Assembly: GCA_963693055.1 (NCBI GenBank) | Contig: OY843751.1 | Coordinates: 3,136,001 to 3,200,000, forward strand | DNA length: 64,000 nt | Direction of reading: 5' to 3' | From: a bacterium | Lineage (GTDB): Bacteria; Zhuqueibacterota; Zhuqueibacteria; Residuimicrobiales; Krinioviventaceae | In this document: positions 8,281 to 19,380 of the stretch, piece after piece | How the letters are laid out: the number at the start of each line of letters is the position of its first letter | How positions within the stretch are numbered: the stretch's first letter is position 1 | Notes under the pieces: generated by a model | Told to the model about the DNA's origin: nothing | The model's database searches: none | What the model saw: only the letters and a program-made list of their open reading frames with translations | Position numbers and translations under genes: made by a program

Positions 8281-9459
8281 TCAGAAAGCTCTAACAGCCA
8301 ACCAACTACCTGAAATAAAAGTACCCAATGAGCTACCTAAATTGGCAAGCACTACAACCAAAAGTACCCTGCTAACGGGGTTTTTCCAAAAGCCTTTAAC
8401 GGTAATTATGTCCCCTGCAAGGGACTCAAAGTCAGCAACTGTGGGCTTTTTTACCCACACCTGTACAAGGCCTGCCACCCATCCGGCAGCAATCATAGGA
8501 TTCAAACTGGTTATAGGAGCTCCCACAAATGCGGAAAGAATAGTTAACGGATGCGCAAACGCAAGAGCAGCACCCAAAGCAGAAAGAATTCCATTTACAA
8601 GAACCCAAATGTAGATAGATTGAATTGAATGATCCAGTCCGCCTTTAAAAAATCCTATAACCAATAATGCAAGAATTGCAACGGGTATACCCCACTTAAT
8701 GATTGTAGGAGCTATAGACTTTGGAGGGAGTTTTGTGATTTCTGTTAAATCATTTTCATTTTGAATATGTTCTTGAATTCCCGGGACATGGCCGGCTCCA
8801 ACAACAGCTACAACTTTTTTTCCGGGTGCGTTTCTAATTTTTTCAGCCAAATAAACATCACGTTCATCAATCAGACGAGACTTGACTGCAGGAAAAGCCT
8901 CTGCAAACGTATCCAATATAGATTCCAGTTGGTCCTGATTTTTCATTTCTTCAATTAGATCATCATCAATTTCTTCACTAAACAAAAAACCCGCCAGCAA
9001 ATGTGACATCATTTTCATTTTGTTCCAGAAATTCAGATATCCCCAAACACGTTTCAATGTAATTTCAATATCACGGTCAGCCAGAACTAGCTCAGCACCT
9101 GTGGCTTCACTTTGTTTGATTCCTTCAACCATTTCAGCACCAGGCTCTACACCCAATTGCTCACCCAGTTTACGATAAAAAGATGTCATTATTAATTGAG
9201 CCAGCAAAAACACTGCTTTTTTTTCTTTTATTACTTTGAAAATATTCAGGTTTTTCCATTTATCACGCTGAACAATAGATTGATGCCTTGATTTACAAAG
9301 TTCAATACATATTGAATCGGGAGCAACAATTTCAACTGCCTTTTTAACATCCTGCACACTCTCTTTAGATACATGTGCAGTACCAATCAGATATATATCT
9401 TTATCATTTGCTACTACATGAGTTACACTTTTAGGTAACTGTTCAATAACGGGTTCCAT
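8281..9459 (-). CDS. TraB/GumN (PrgY, pheromone shutdown-like) family protein
   Basis: 'IGTAHVS', 'ICIELC..R', 'PGAEM', 'LIDERD', 'VVGAGH', C-terminal TM helices. Confidence 0.9.
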   Translation of the reverse strand: MEPVIEQLPKSVTHVVANDKDIYLIGTAHVSKESVQDVKKAVEIVAPDSICIELCKSRHQSIVQRDKWKNLNIFKVIKEKKAVFLLAQLIMTSFYRKLGEQLGVEPGAEMVEGIKQSEATGAELVLADRDIEITLKRVWGYLNFWNKMKMMSHLLAGFLFSEEIDDDLIEEMKNQDQLESILDTFAEAFPAVKSRLIDERDVYLAEKIRNAPGKKVVAVVGAGHVPGIQEHIQNENDLTEITKLPPKSIAPTIIKWGIPVAILALLVIGFFKGGLDHSIQSIYIWVLVNGILSALGAALAFAHPLTILSAFVGAPITSLNPMIAAGWVAGLVQVWVKKPTVADFESLAGDIITVKGFWKNPVSRVLLVVVLANLGSSLGTFISGSWLAVRAF

Positions 9460-9556
9460 TCAAAATTCCTTCGTCATAGTGTTAATATAAATACATATTA
9501 TTACGCAATGCTGGCTGTATTGTTTCCTTTGTTATCGGGTAAAGGCGGGATACTCT

Positions 9557-11779
9557 TTACAATTCGGGTTTAAGGATTATAGTGGCCAATGGAGGAACTG
9601 CCAAATTCAATGAAAACGGCTTGCTATGCCATGGCTTGTCTTCACTATTGATACCACCCAAATTCCCTTTATTGCTGCCCCAATAATTTATAGAGTCAGT
9701 ATTTAAAACTTCTCGATAATGAGCATCAAAAGGCACACCTATACGATAATTGTCTCTATATACAGGTGTAAAATTACAAACAAAAACAAGGGTATCTTTG
9801 GGATCATCGGTTTTTCGCATAAACGAAATGATACTATTTTCAGAATCAAGGAAATCAATCCATTCAAAACCTGACTCGTCAAAATCAACTTTGTATAATG
9901 CGGGTTCATTTTGCATTAAATGGTTCAAGTCTTTAACCAGAGACTGTAATTTTTCATGAGGTTCAAAATCTAACAGATGCCAGTCCAGACTCTGAGATTC
10001 CCGCCATTCCTGCCACTGTCCAAATTCTGAGCCCATAAATAAAAGCTTTTTACCCGGATGCCCATACATAAATCCATACAAGGCCCTTAAATTGGCAAAC
10101 TTTTGCCAAAAATCTCCTGGCATTTTATCCAGTAATGCACGTTTTCCATGTACAACTTCATCATGACTTAAAACAAGCATAAAATTTTCATGAAAAGCAT
10201 ACAACAAAGCAAATGTAATCATATTATGATGATATTTACGGTGCACAGGATCTTTACCAAAATATGTCAGAAAATCATTCATCCATCCCATGTTCCATTT
10301 CATATTAAAGCCGAGTCCACCAAGATAAGTGGGCTTACTTACTCCCGGCCATGCGGTTGATTCTTCAGCAATAGACAATGCTCCGGGGAAATAGCTAAAA
10401 ATCAATTCGTTCAATCGTTTCATGAACGAAATCGCTTCAAGATTCTCTCTGCCGCCATATTCATTTGGTATCCATTGCCCGCTATCTCGCGAGTAATCAA
10501 GATACAACATGGATGCAACTGCATCCACACGAATACCATCAATATGATATTTATCAAACCAAAAAAGAGCGTTAGCGATTAAAAAATTCCGTACTTCGTT
10601 ACGTCCAAAATTAAAAATCAAAGTACCCCAATCCTGATGCTCTCCCTTGCGGGGATCAGCATGTTCATATAAATGTGAACCATCAAAAAATGCAAGAGCA
10701 TGCTCATCTTTGGGGAAATGGGCCGGCACCCAATCTACAATTACTCCAATATCATTATAATGACAATAGTCGACAAAATATTGAAAATCTTCAGGATTTC
10801 CAAACCGGGTGCTGGGAGCATAATAACCGGTAACTTGGTATCCCCAGGAGCCATCAAATGGATGCTCCATCACCGGCAATAGTTCTATATGGGTGTATCC
10901 CATTTCTTTAACATATTCAACTAACTCCATAGCAAGTTGACGGTAGGATAAAAAATGATCAGGATTTGAAGGATCACGTTTCCAGGAACCCAGATGCACT
11001 TCGTATATAGATATGGGCTGAGTTAACGGATCTGTATTGCGGCGTTTTTTCATCCACTCTTGATCATTCCATTCATATTTATTAATATCACAAACGATGG
11101 ATGCAGTATTGGGTCGTTTTTCATGCATAAATCCATAAGGATCCATCTTTAAAAAGATGTTACCTTGCTGATCTTTGATTTCATATTTATAGACCTCTGT
11201 CCCAATACCGGGGATAAAAAGTTCCCAAACACCCGAGCCACCCAAACTACGCATTTGATGTTTTCCACCATGCCATTGGTTAAAATTACCAACAACGCTG
11301 ACATTTCTGGCATTGGGAGCCCAAACAGCAAAATGCACGCCCTCTATCCCATCTACGGTCATAAAATGAGCGCCCATTTTTTCATAAATTTTATGATGAT
11401 CTCCAATACCAAACAGATACAGATCTTCATCCGATATTTGAGGTAAAAATATATATGGATCATGAATAAAACGCTCATGCCCATTTTCAGCAATTACATG
11501 ATATTGATAATTTTGAGGTTTGCGACGGCCGCCCATAACAAGCTGAAAAAAATGAGGATTGTGGATTGATTCCATCTCTGTTTCTTTTCCGCTTTCAGGA
11601 TCTCTAACAAACACTTGTTTTGCATCTGGCAACCACGCACGAATAGCCCACATTTTGCTATTTTTAACCTGTACCTGATGTGCCCCTAAAATCTGGAAAG
11701 GATCATGGTGTAAATTACTTGCAATTTTTTCTACATCTGCTGGTGATACAAGCTCCTGAAAACTGTCGTCTTTTTTCAT
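9557..11779 (-). CDS. glgB: 1,4-alpha-glucan branching enzyme
   Basis: 'FAVWAPNA', 'IYEVHLGSW', '[12 protein letters not shown]', 'IAEEST', '[10 protein letters not shown]'; start trimmed to ATG 11779. Confidence 0.97.
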   Translation of the reverse strand: MKKDDSFQELVSPADVEKIASNLHHDPFQILGAHQVQVKNSKMWAIRAWLPDAKQVFVRDPESGKETEMESIHNPHFFQLVMGGRRKPQNYQYHVIAENGHERFIHDPYIFLPQISDEDLYLFGIGDHHKIYEKMGAHFMTVDGIEGVHFAVWAPNARNVSVVGNFNQWHGGKHQMRSLGGSGVWELFIPGIGTEVYKYEIKDQQGNIFLKMDPYGFMHEKRPNTASIVCDINKYEWNDQEWMKKRRNTDPLTQPISIYEVHLGSWKRDPSNPDHFLSYRQLAMELVEYVKEMGYTHIELLPVMEHPFDGSWGYQVTGYYAPSTRFGNPEDFQYFVDYCHYNDIGVIVDWVPAHFPKDEHALAFFDGSHLYEHADPRKGEHQDWGTLIFNFGRNEVRNFLIANALFWFDKYHIDGIRVDAVASMLYLDYSRDSGQWIPNEYGGRENLEAISFMKRLNELIFSYFPGALSIAEESTAWPGVSKPTYLGGLGFNMKWNMGWMNDFLTYFGKDPVHRKYHHNMITFALLYAFHENFMLVLSHDEVVHGKRALLDKMPGDFWQKFANLRALYGFMYGHPGKKLLFMGSEFGQWQEWRESQSLDWHLLDFEPHEKLQSLVKDLNHLMQNEPALYKVDFDESGFEWIDFLDSENSIISFMRKTDDPKDTLVFVCNFTPVYRDNYRIGVPFDAHYREVLNTDSINYWGSNKGNLGGINSEDKPWHSKPFSLNLAVPPLATIILKPEL

Positions 11780-11780
11780 A

Positions 11781-12464
11781 CTAATATCTTCTCTTTCTTG
11801 TTTCCCGAATAAAGAAAACAACACCTACACTAATGCCAAAATCCGTTGCGTCACTTTTTACTCTTTGACCTTCCACTGTATGAGAAACAGCGTTTGAGAT
11901 CGTTTGATATTTTAGTTCAAAATCTATATGGGGCCCTAAACCAAGATCAAACAAAAATCCCGTACTTAGCGCCCATCCCCAACGTGTCAAACTGCTTTTT
12001 GTATCAGACAAAGGTTGCCCATAATCATAATAGTAATAATCATATGAATAAGGTATTGTTTCAATGGTTCTAAAAGTAAACAACCCACCCATTGGAGCGA
12101 GATATAAAGAAAAACGACCCAATTTTGTGGCAAATTGGGGACCCAGCAAAAACTGAAACGATTCGTTACGGGTTTCTATATATGAATAAGGATCATATTG
12201 ATAAATACTGGTACGTTTTTCTCCAAATGAAAGATAGGTTATATCAAAACGTGGGAGGAAATAGGGTAATGCATCTACACGGTAAAATACTTTGGCACCC
12301 AGTCCCTCTCCATTTCTGGATATATCAGCAAATTCAGATTGTGGGAATGACATTGAAATATGAGGGCCAATTGCCCAATTGGTATTCCAGTTTTTCTGGG
12401 CAAATCCCGAAACAGCAAGAAAAAAAACAAGAACAGCAATTGTATTATATAATTTCATCATCAA
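11781..12464 (-). CDS. Outer-membrane beta-barrel protein (OmpA-TM-like)
   Basis: Signal peptide, about 8 amphipathic strands, terminal strand '[10 protein letters not shown]'. Confidence 0.65.
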   Translation of the reverse strand: MMMKLYNTIAVLVFFLAVSGFAQKNWNTNWAIGPHISMSFPQSEFADISRNGEGLGAKVFYRVDALPYFLPRFDITYLSFGEKRTSIYQYDPYSYIETRNESFQFLLGPQFATKLGRFSLYLAPMGGLFTFRTIETIPYSYDYYYYDYGQPLSDTKSSLTRWGWALSTGFLFDLGLGPHIDFELKYQTISNAVSHTVEGQRVKSDATDFGISVGVVFFIRETRKRRY

Positions 12465-12605
12465 CTCCTTTTGACTAGAAAGGATTCACTTAACTTTTGT
12501 ATATTCCACTTGACAAATAAAAAAAAGTTTCCATATACTTGAACATATTAAAAAAAACAATACGGTTCAAGTAAAAACCTGAATACTTGATTCTAAAGAC
12601 AGTAA

Positions 12606-13373
12606 TTATATTTGTTTACAGAATTCAACCAATGTACGATGAAATAAATGATTCAAACTCTCTAATCGCTTCTTATCGATTGTTTGCGTCTTTGAGTTAA
12701 ACCAGTTGGGATGCAAATACAAAGATCGGTTAATCTCAATTTGCAACCAGGGTATAGGATTATAACCATATTCTGAAGTTATATATCCACCGTTAAATGG
12801 CTTGTTGATCATAACTGTACCTGCATCAACACCAAAATACTGCTGAAAACATTGTGCTAAAATCCGGGTTATGCGATTATCACAAGCCTGACCACTGTTA
12901 TTGCTTATACAAACCATGGGTCTCTTTTTACCTGTGTCAGCAGCAATAGGCGGACCGACCTCTGCCATAGAATGACAGTCAAAACCAAAAACAATCTCCC
13001 GACGACGTACTATTCTTTCAATTTTTTGATGATAAGGATAATAATGTTTATCAAGCAAATCATTGAACAATGAATTGTCAGGAAAAAATCCATCCTTGTA
13101 AACCGTTTTTTCATAACAGGTCATTGTTTTAATTACACCATCCGGATATTCAGGTGGAACCATGGATTCATGCCGGTTCACATCAATATATGCCCTTGCA
13201 ATATCAGCTTTAACAACAGATTCCACATTATCTTTTAGATCAAAAATCTCTTGAGTAAATGCATCAGAATCCTCAAATATTCCCCGGGGTCCAATTTGGC
13301 TATTGTCTTTAACTTCCTTGGGGATTGAAGTTCCACCATGGGGTATAGAAATTATAAACGGTAACTTGCTCAT
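12606..13373 (-). CDS. N-formylglutamate amidohydrolase family protein
   Basis: 'ISIPHGG', 'ARAYIDVNR', 'YYPYH', 'DCHSM', 'NKPFNGGYIT', 'LQIEINR'. Confidence 0.9.
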   Translation of the reverse strand: MSKLPFIISIPHGGTSIPKEVKDNSQIGPRGIFEDSDAFTQEIFDLKDNVESVVKADIARAYIDVNRHESMVPPEYPDGVIKTMTCYEKTVYKDGFFPDNSLFNDLLDKHYYPYHQKIERIVRRREIVFGFDCHSMAEVGPPIAADTGKKRPMVCISNNSGQACDNRITRILAQCFQQYFGVDAGTVMINKPFNGGYITSEYGYNPIPWLQIEINRSLYLHPNWFNSKTQTIDKKRLESLNHLFHRTLVEFCKQI

Positions 13374-13390
13374 CAAACACATCCTTAAAT

Positions 13391-15022
13391 TTAAAAGCCA
13401 ATAGCCGCACCATCTCGGCGGATATCAGCAACTCCTTGAAATCCTTTATTATTTTTCAACAACATTACAGCTTGAATACAGCCCAGATAAAAAGAATAGT
13501 CTTCCCGCATATCTATTCGGAAGCCTTTTTCCTTTAAAAATCGAATCACATCCTCTGAAATTCGTTCTCCTTCAAGACTTACTCTACCCCCTAGTGAACA
13601 ATGTAATCGCGGCGCCTTCATAGCCTGATCAATGGAAAAATTTTCATCAATAATGCGCGATAAAAACAGAGCCAATGTAGAAATAATCCGTTCACTTCCC
13701 GGGCTTCCCAGCGACATCCACAATTCTTCATCATGAAACAATAATGAAGGGCTCACCGTAGCCCAGGGAACACCATTGGGGCGTAAATAATACGGGTGTT
13801 CCGGATAAGAATATTCATAATCAAATAAATAGTTATTATAAAGAAATCCCAAACCCTGTGCTGCAGCTTTACTACCATATACTCGTTCAATTGATTGAGT
13901 CAGGCTTACTGCATTACCCGCCTTGTCAATAACTGATAAATGAGTAGTATCTCCATGCAACTCATCCAGGGTAGGTATGAATGGTAAAATTGTCTTGTCA
14001 TAATCTTTAATAATATCCATAACACATTCACGTGCAAAAAGAGGGTCCAGCATATCTGCATTGTCTGCAATCTGTGGAAAGAAATTGGGATCAAAGGGCC
14101 GGTCAGATCTTTCCAATAATGATTTTCGCATCAATTGTGCAAATAGATAATATCTTGTTACATCATCTTTATACAAAATCTCTTTTGGCACCCAATCTAA
14201 CATCATCAAAGTAAACAGCAATGTTCTGCCTGAACCTGGTGGAGGCATGGTATATATTTCAACATCTCTAAACGAACGTACAAGCGGTTCACGTTCAATA
14301 GGAAACGGAACCAAAGCCAGATCATCATAACGCAGCAGTCCACCATTCTCTCTCATATCCGCATCAATCTGCTTGGCAATGCTACCTCTATAAAAACTCT
14401 CTATTCCGGTTTTAACCAAAGTTTTCAATAAATGTGCAAGATCTTTTTGCTTAAAAATTTCCCCTTCTTTATAGGGTATTCCATCCTTATAAAAGTAAGA
14501 CAATCCGCTTTTTGATCCAACCTGATTAAATTTTTCCTGTTCCCTTTTCAACAAGCTATGTTGAAGAGGGGTAACAGGGAAACCATTTTCTGCATAATGA
14601 ATAGCAGGATCCAAAATCTGGGCCCAATCCAAAGATCCATATTGCTTATGAACATACCACAATGTTGCAAGTGTACTTGGTACTGTAGTGGCTCGGTAAC
14701 CCAAAGATTTATCATGCTCATAAATAGAGCTGGAATGCGCAAGCGAAGGTGCCCGTGACGATCCATCAATAGCCATTACTTTGCCATCTATACGCAAAAG
14801 CATCATTGTCTGGCCCCCAAGTCCGCTTGCCTGGGGTTCGGTAACAGATAAAACAAAGGCTGCTGCAACTGCTGCGTCAACAGCATTACCACCTTTTTGT
14901 AAAATATGACTTCCTGCTTTTGAAGCTTGAAGCGATTGTGTTGCAATCATACCATTTTCCGCAAATGAACATTTGGAATCAGATGTCTCGCGGAAACGGG
15001 TTTCTATTTGTTTTATCTCCAT
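13391..15022 (-). CDS. ggt: Gamma-glutamyltransferase family Ntn hydrolase (no signal peptide)
   Basis: 'GGNAVDAAVAA', 'EPQASGLGG', nucleophile site 'DTTHLSVID..GNAVSLT'. Confidence 0.9.
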   Translation of the reverse strand: MEIKQIETRFRETSDSKCSFAENGMIATQSLQASKAGSHILQKGGNAVDAAVAAAFVLSVTEPQASGLGGQTMMLLRIDGKVMAIDGSSRAPSLAHSSSIYEHDKSLGYRATTVPSTLATLWYVHKQYGSLDWAQILDPAIHYAENGFPVTPLQHSLLKREQEKFNQVGSKSGLSYFYKDGIPYKEGEIFKQKDLAHLLKTLVKTGIESFYRGSIAKQIDADMRENGGLLRYDDLALVPFPIEREPLVRSFRDVEIYTMPPPGSGRTLLFTLMMLDWVPKEILYKDDVTRYYLFAQLMRKSLLERSDRPFDPNFFPQIADNADMLDPLFARECVMDIIKDYDKTILPFIPTLDELHGDTTHLSVIDKAGNAVSLTQSIERVYGSKAAAQGLGFLYNNYLFDYEYSYPEHPYYLRPNGVPWATVSPSLLFHDEELWMSLGSPGSERIISTLALFLSRIIDENFSIDQAMKAPRLHCSLGGRVSLEGERISEDVIRFLKEKGFRIDMREDYSFYLGCIQAVMLLKNNKGFQGVADIRRDGAAIGF

Positions 15023-15034
15023 ACCTGTTACCGA

Positions 15035-17188
15035 TCAATTTGATGACAATTCATACAAACACATTGCCAGTAAAACGGTTCTTTCAAACAGGCTGTGCTT
15101 TAAAATGTACTCTGATTTATGTGTTGGTTTAACGCCAGCGGGTCCAAGTCCATCAATCATCAATTTGCCGGAATCTACAAAGCAAATATCCGCGGAACTC
15201 CATCGATGTTCTTTCAGCATACGAATATCCAGATCACTTGAAATGGATTTAATTATATTCCATAATGCTTCAACCTGAGGAGTTTGCATCATAGGTGGAC
15301 GGCGTTCTCCACCCTCGAGTTGAAAATAAAAATCTTTTTTATATTTGCTGGGAACCAGTTTCTTTATCTGTTCATCGGTCTTGACAAATTGTACATGATT
15401 TTGGAATCGAACACTCAAAGTCACTTGACCGTGGCTATAAGGATCCGTAATATTGGTCTCAAAATTTAAATGATGTGGAGCTATTACAAGTCCTTCATCA
15501 GGACGGGAAAGTTCGGTCCATTTTTGCACCAAACGGGTAAATACACGAGTTGCCTGAACTACTTTTTCAGTAGAATCCGTATGTTTTAAATTCATATGAC
15601 ATGTATACACCGCTGCACCAGATCTGGATGTAACAACACCACCATTTAAAAATGCACCATGCATTCCTAAAACATTAATCGCTTGCTTTGATTTTTCAAC
15701 AACAATTTTTCTGGCAAACTGGCCTTGCAGTGAATCATCGCTAGTAAGTAGAATACCAATTTTAAGGTTTCGCAACTTTCTAACAAAACGTAAGGCTTGT
15801 AACGCACCTATCATTACAGCCAAACCACCTTTGTGCTCCCATATGCCTGTACCAAAAAGTTTGTGTTCAGTTGCATGAAAAAACTGTTGCCCGGATAGAG
15901 CAGTAGCATTATCCAAATTGCCCAGTAATAACACATCATAACTATCATATTCAGTATTACTGAAAAATAAACAGTTTCCAACTTCTATATGGGGCTTAGT
16001 TTGCTGTTTAAAACCCAATTGCAAAAGGGATTTTGCCGCAATTTGTCCCAAAGTATTTACACCCTCTACATTTCGCACAAAAGAGTTTGTATTTACCATT
16101 TGCTTTAACAGGGTTTCCAGCTGTGGTTGTCGTGAACGGACAAATCCCCTTACACGTACCGGAACAGGTATTTTCTTTTTTGTTATATTACCGTTATTGG
16201 TTATCTGTGATGTTGCAAAGTACCTAACTGTAGCCACATCCAACATTTTATTTACCAATGCACTAAAATCATAGCCTGCAACTTTGGCAGCATGTACGTA
16301 TGAACCAGACATGCCAAGACTGGCCATGGAATTAATTTCCAGTAGATAAATATTATTATTTTCATCCAATCGAATATCTACACGCGAAAAATCTCTTAAA
16401 TGTAGAGATTGGAATGCCTTTCTGCTAAGGGCTTGCATTTCGAAAGCAAGAGCGGGATCGATATCTGCAGGGCAAATTTTATTTTTAGGACGACGGAGCT
16501 TATCTTCGGCCAGTTGAATAGCATCCGGATCATTATCCAGATCTATTTCAAGAACCGGAAAAGTCTCTACAGGGTTATTTCCCAGCAATCCTACTGCAAA
16601 TTCTCTTCCTCTTATAAACTGCTCAACAAGAGCCTGCTGCTGAAATTCTTCAAGAATAAATGCAACTGCATCCCTCAAATCTTTTTCATTGACTACTACT
16701 TTGAGACCAAAAGATACAGATTCCATCTTGGGTTTGACAATTACGGGATAGATAACATCTGACATATCTTCTTCAGCGGAAGAATAAACCCAAAAATTAG
16801 GGGTTGGCAGACCGTGCTTTTGCATAATAATCTTGGTTATTACTTTGTCTAAAGCAAGAGCATGCCCTGAAGGACTTGAACCTACATAAGGGATTCCAAG
16901 CATTTCCAGCATTGACGGTATATGCGTATAACGACTTTCGCCTTGAATTCCATATGCCATATTAAAGACCATGCCCATTCTTTCCCCTTCTACAACTTTG
17001 GGCATAAATTCTTGAATAGCTTCTACTACATGCATATTTCCATCGATAATGCAGACATTATGCCCACCGGCTTCAAGGCTTGATGCTACTTTTTTAACAA
17101 CCTTTTGGTTATACACTTCTTTATTCTGCATACCAAAGGTATTAATGACCCCGCTTAAATCTTTGTTATAAACCAGTGCTACTTTCAA
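15035..17188 (-). CDS. D-Ala-D-Ala ligase-like ATP-grasp fused to M20/M25/M40 peptidase-like domain
   Basis: 'GIPYVGS', 'LALDK', 'IVKP', 'VEQFIRGRE', 'RVDIR', 'LEINS'; C-terminal carboxypeptidase-G2-like region ('LKQMVNTNS', 'KGGL', 'IDGLGP'); TTG start with AGGAG RBS. Confidence 0.85.
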   Translation of the reverse strand: MKVALVYNKDLSGVINTFGMQNKEVYNQKVVKKVASSLEAGGHNVCIIDGNMHVVEAIQEFMPKVVEGERMGMVFNMAYGIQGESRYTHIPSMLEMLGIPYVGSSPSGHALALDKVITKIIMQKHGLPTPNFWVYSSAEEDMSDVIYPVIVKPKMESVSFGLKVVVNEKDLRDAVAFILEEFQQQALVEQFIRGREFAVGLLGNNPVETFPVLEIDLDNDPDAIQLAEDKLRRPKNKICPADIDPALAFEMQALSRKAFQSLHLRDFSRVDIRLDENNNIYLLEINSMASLGMSGSYVHAAKVAGYDFSALVNKMLDVATVRYFATSQITNNGNITKKKIPVPVRVRGFVRSRQPQLETLLKQMVNTNSFVRNVEGVNTLGQIAAKSLLQLGFKQQTKPHIEVGNCLFFSNTEYDSYDVLLLGNLDNATALSGQQFFHATEHKLFGTGIWEHKGGLAVMIGALQALRFVRKLRNLKIGILLTSDDSLQGQFARKIVVEKSKQAINVLGMHGAFLNGGVVTSRSGAAVYTCHMNLKHTDSTEKVVQATRVFTRLVQKWTELSRPDEGLVIAPHHLNFETNITDPYSHGQVTLSVRFQNHVQFVKTDEQIKKLVPSKYKKDFYFQLEGGERRPPMMQTPQVEALWNIIKSISSDLDIRMLKEHRWSSADICFVDSGKLMIDGLGPAGVKPTHKSEYILKHSLFERTVLLAMCLYELSSN

Positions 17189-17273
17189 AATATCTCCTGT
17201 TAAAAAGCACAGAATTTAAACAAAAAATTCTATAATAAAAACTGAAAAGAACCTTTATTCTGTATTAAATTAT

Positions 17274-17831
17274 TCAGGCTGTTAAATGCTCAATCAGAAT
17301 TTTAATACCAATGAGAATTAATATCAATCCACCTAAAAACTCTATACGACTGCCAAATAAACAACCACAAGCTTTACCTAGATATACACCAAATATGGAT
17401 AAAACAAAAGTTACAGAACCAATTATTATAACAGATGGGAACAATGGTATATTCACAAATGCAAAGCTAAAGCCTACTGCCAATGCATCGATACTTGTGG
17501 CAATCGCAAGACCGAACAATAGCCTGGTATTAAAAGGATTTCTGGGTCGTTCAGTTGGAGGCTCAAAAGATTCTTTGATCATTCTAAGACCAATAACCAG
17601 CAACAATAAAAATGCTACCCAGTGGTCATATTTTTCAATATAATCAGCAATATGAATTCCGGCAGCCCATCCCAATATCGGCATTCCTGCCTGAAAAATA
17701 CCAAAAAACAAAGCAAGCTTTAATGCATTACCAACCTTGACCTTTCCAGATTGAAGACCGCTGCTAAGAGAAACAGCAAAAGCATCCATAGCCAAACCAA
17801 AAGCAGTTCCAAATATGATTACCAAACTCAA
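17274..17831 (-). CDS. mntP: Manganese efflux pump MntP family
   Basis: 'GLAMDAFAVS', 'FQAGMP', 'DHWVAF', 'ATSIDALAVG'. Confidence 0.92.
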   Translation of the reverse strand: MSLVIIFGTAFGLAMDAFAVSLSSGLQSGKVKVGNALKLALFFGIFQAGMPILGWAAGIHIADYIEKYDHWVAFLLLLVIGLRMIKESFEPPTERPRNPFNTRLLFGLAIATSIDALAVGFSFAFVNIPLFPSVIIIGSVTFVLSIFGVYLGKACGCLFGSRIEFLGGLILILIGIKILIEHLTA

Positions 17832-17980
17832 TAAATACCTCTAATAACTAGAACATCATTTGAAGGTTATAACATAAATGATGCCAAAAGTTTTAAATCA
17901 ATTTTTATAATATACAAATTAATTGAAAAATATTCAAATACTTGTACAACATGAGGTAATAGAAAAAACCCAATAATCAA

Positions 17981-19195
17981 TCAAGGTAACTGGTATATTT
18001 CTTCATTTTTATCTATGCAAACCATTGTCTGAATTAATGCATTTGTATTCTCAATGGTTATGGGATCATCAGCTCTATAATTGCGCATACGGCATCCTAA
18101 CAAACTTATCGTCAATTTGTCACTTCCCTTTACTAACATAAAATCCTGTGAAATATCAAGCGTTGTTAATGCAGCATTCCCACCTGAAAACGCTTCAACA
18201 TTGGTGATAGACGTATGCCCCTTGCCTTCAATGATAAATGGATGTATAGCTTTTATGGTTTGGCCGGTATTGGCTATAATAGAGCCCTGTGAAATCTGCC
18301 AGTTTCTATTTTTGGTATTATCTCCAAGTTTATGTATACCTACAGTAACACAATCAAAATTAAAATTTGTCAACTGACCATAGGTGGCGGCTCCAAGAAA
18401 AGCACCGCCAAAAGTGCCAAAGGTAAATACATCAATCAATTGAGCGTTATCGGTATGATCAATTGTATATGCAAAAGTATTATTGGCTATGACGGCATCA
18501 ATGACGGAAACAGAATACTGACCATCGATAAACCTGCGATTTGCAGGATTTATATGGCAATGTAGCAATCGGGGAATATCATAGCAATAATTAATACGGA
18601 TAAATTCTCCTCCGAGTGGGTATCCATAACAATGCTCAAACAAGATCTGTTCACAAGGATTTTTAGGGGATGCGTTAAAATCCATAGCAAGATATTCACC
18701 ATAAAAAGTCAAACAGGAAAGCGTTACACCCTGTGCGGGTACAGCTTGGGAAACCTGTATTGTTGGAGGATATTTAATTATGCTGTCAGCTTTACTTAAT
18801 GTTTGTTCGGGATACCAGAACTGTATACCCCGAATTTGCGTTGCAGATTCAACCGTAATAAATGCATGTTCACGATCTGTTATACTTATAACACTGCCAA
18901 CAGGTTGTTGTCTATGCGGATGCCGTGTACCCCTACCTACCGGACCATGAACTCCAGTTAATGATACATTTTTACGTAAAACAATCCCTCCCTCAATGGG
19001 ATAAGGGTCTTCACTGGGTTCAACAAACAATTCAGCACCACAAGTTGATGCCCAGTCAATGGCTTTTTGAAGATTTACCTTATTTTCTCGCGCAGAATTT
19101 CCAGGAAGCACATTAAATTCCTGAATGCTTTTAGCAAAAGAATTTACCAATCCACAGAATATAAAAAAATGAATAATAACGATTTGTTTGCTCAT
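17981..19195 (-). CDS. Secreted right-handed beta-helix (pectin lyase-like) protein
   Basis: Signal peptide from ATG 19195; 'NLQKAID...LFV...Y' N-terminus typical of pectate-lyase-3-like beta-helices. Confidence 0.55.
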   Translation of the reverse strand: MSKQIVIIHFFIFCGLVNSFAKSIQEFNVLPGNSARENKVNLQKAIDWASTCGAELFVEPSEDPYPIEGGIVLRKNVSLTGVHGPVGRGTRHPHRQQPVGSVISITDREHAFITVESATQIRGIQFWYPEQTLSKADSIIKYPPTIQVSQAVPAQGVTLSCLTFYGEYLAMDFNASPKNPCEQILFEHCYGYPLGGEFIRINYCYDIPRLLHCHINPANRRFIDGQYSVSVIDAVIANNTFAYTIDHTDNAQLIDVFTFGTFGGAFLGAATYGQLTNFNFDCVTVGIHKLGDNTKNRNWQISQGSIIANTGQTIKAIHPFIIEGKGHTSITNVEAFSGGNAALTTLDISQDFMLVKGSDKLTISLLGCRMRNYRADDPITIENTNALIQTMVCIDKNEEIYQLP

Positions 19196-19380
19196 CAGAT
19201 AAACCTTTCTCTTGAATAGTTGCTTTAATATAATTATAAATTCCGGCTTTACAAAAGGCATTACAAGATGATTTTAGAGAATTGTATACAGATATCGAAC
19301 AATTTCCTATTTTTACCTTGCGAATTGTTTAAAAATTTTTAATATACAATAACTATCAATCATAAACCATGGAGAGCAGG

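Noticed and set aside
8281-9459. TraB as evidence of conjugation or a mobile element
   Set aside because: It is the chromosomal TraB/PrgY/GumN family; no transfer, integrase or transposase genes are nearby.
9530-9560. CCCGATAA sigma28-like -10 upstream of the traB-like gene
   Set aside because: Spacing to TAAA is 17 nt rather than 15; not a motility gene.
12092-12478. 128-aa plus-strand ORF, and the many other 60-126 aa antisense or alternate-frame ORFs
   Set aside because: They overlap confidently assigned genes and lack RBSs or recognisable domains.
17832-17980. Possible yybP-ykoY Mn riboswitch or sigma54 site upstream of mntP
   Set aside because: AT-rich with no riboswitch core that I can recognise; TGGCATCATTTATGTT lacks the -12 GC.
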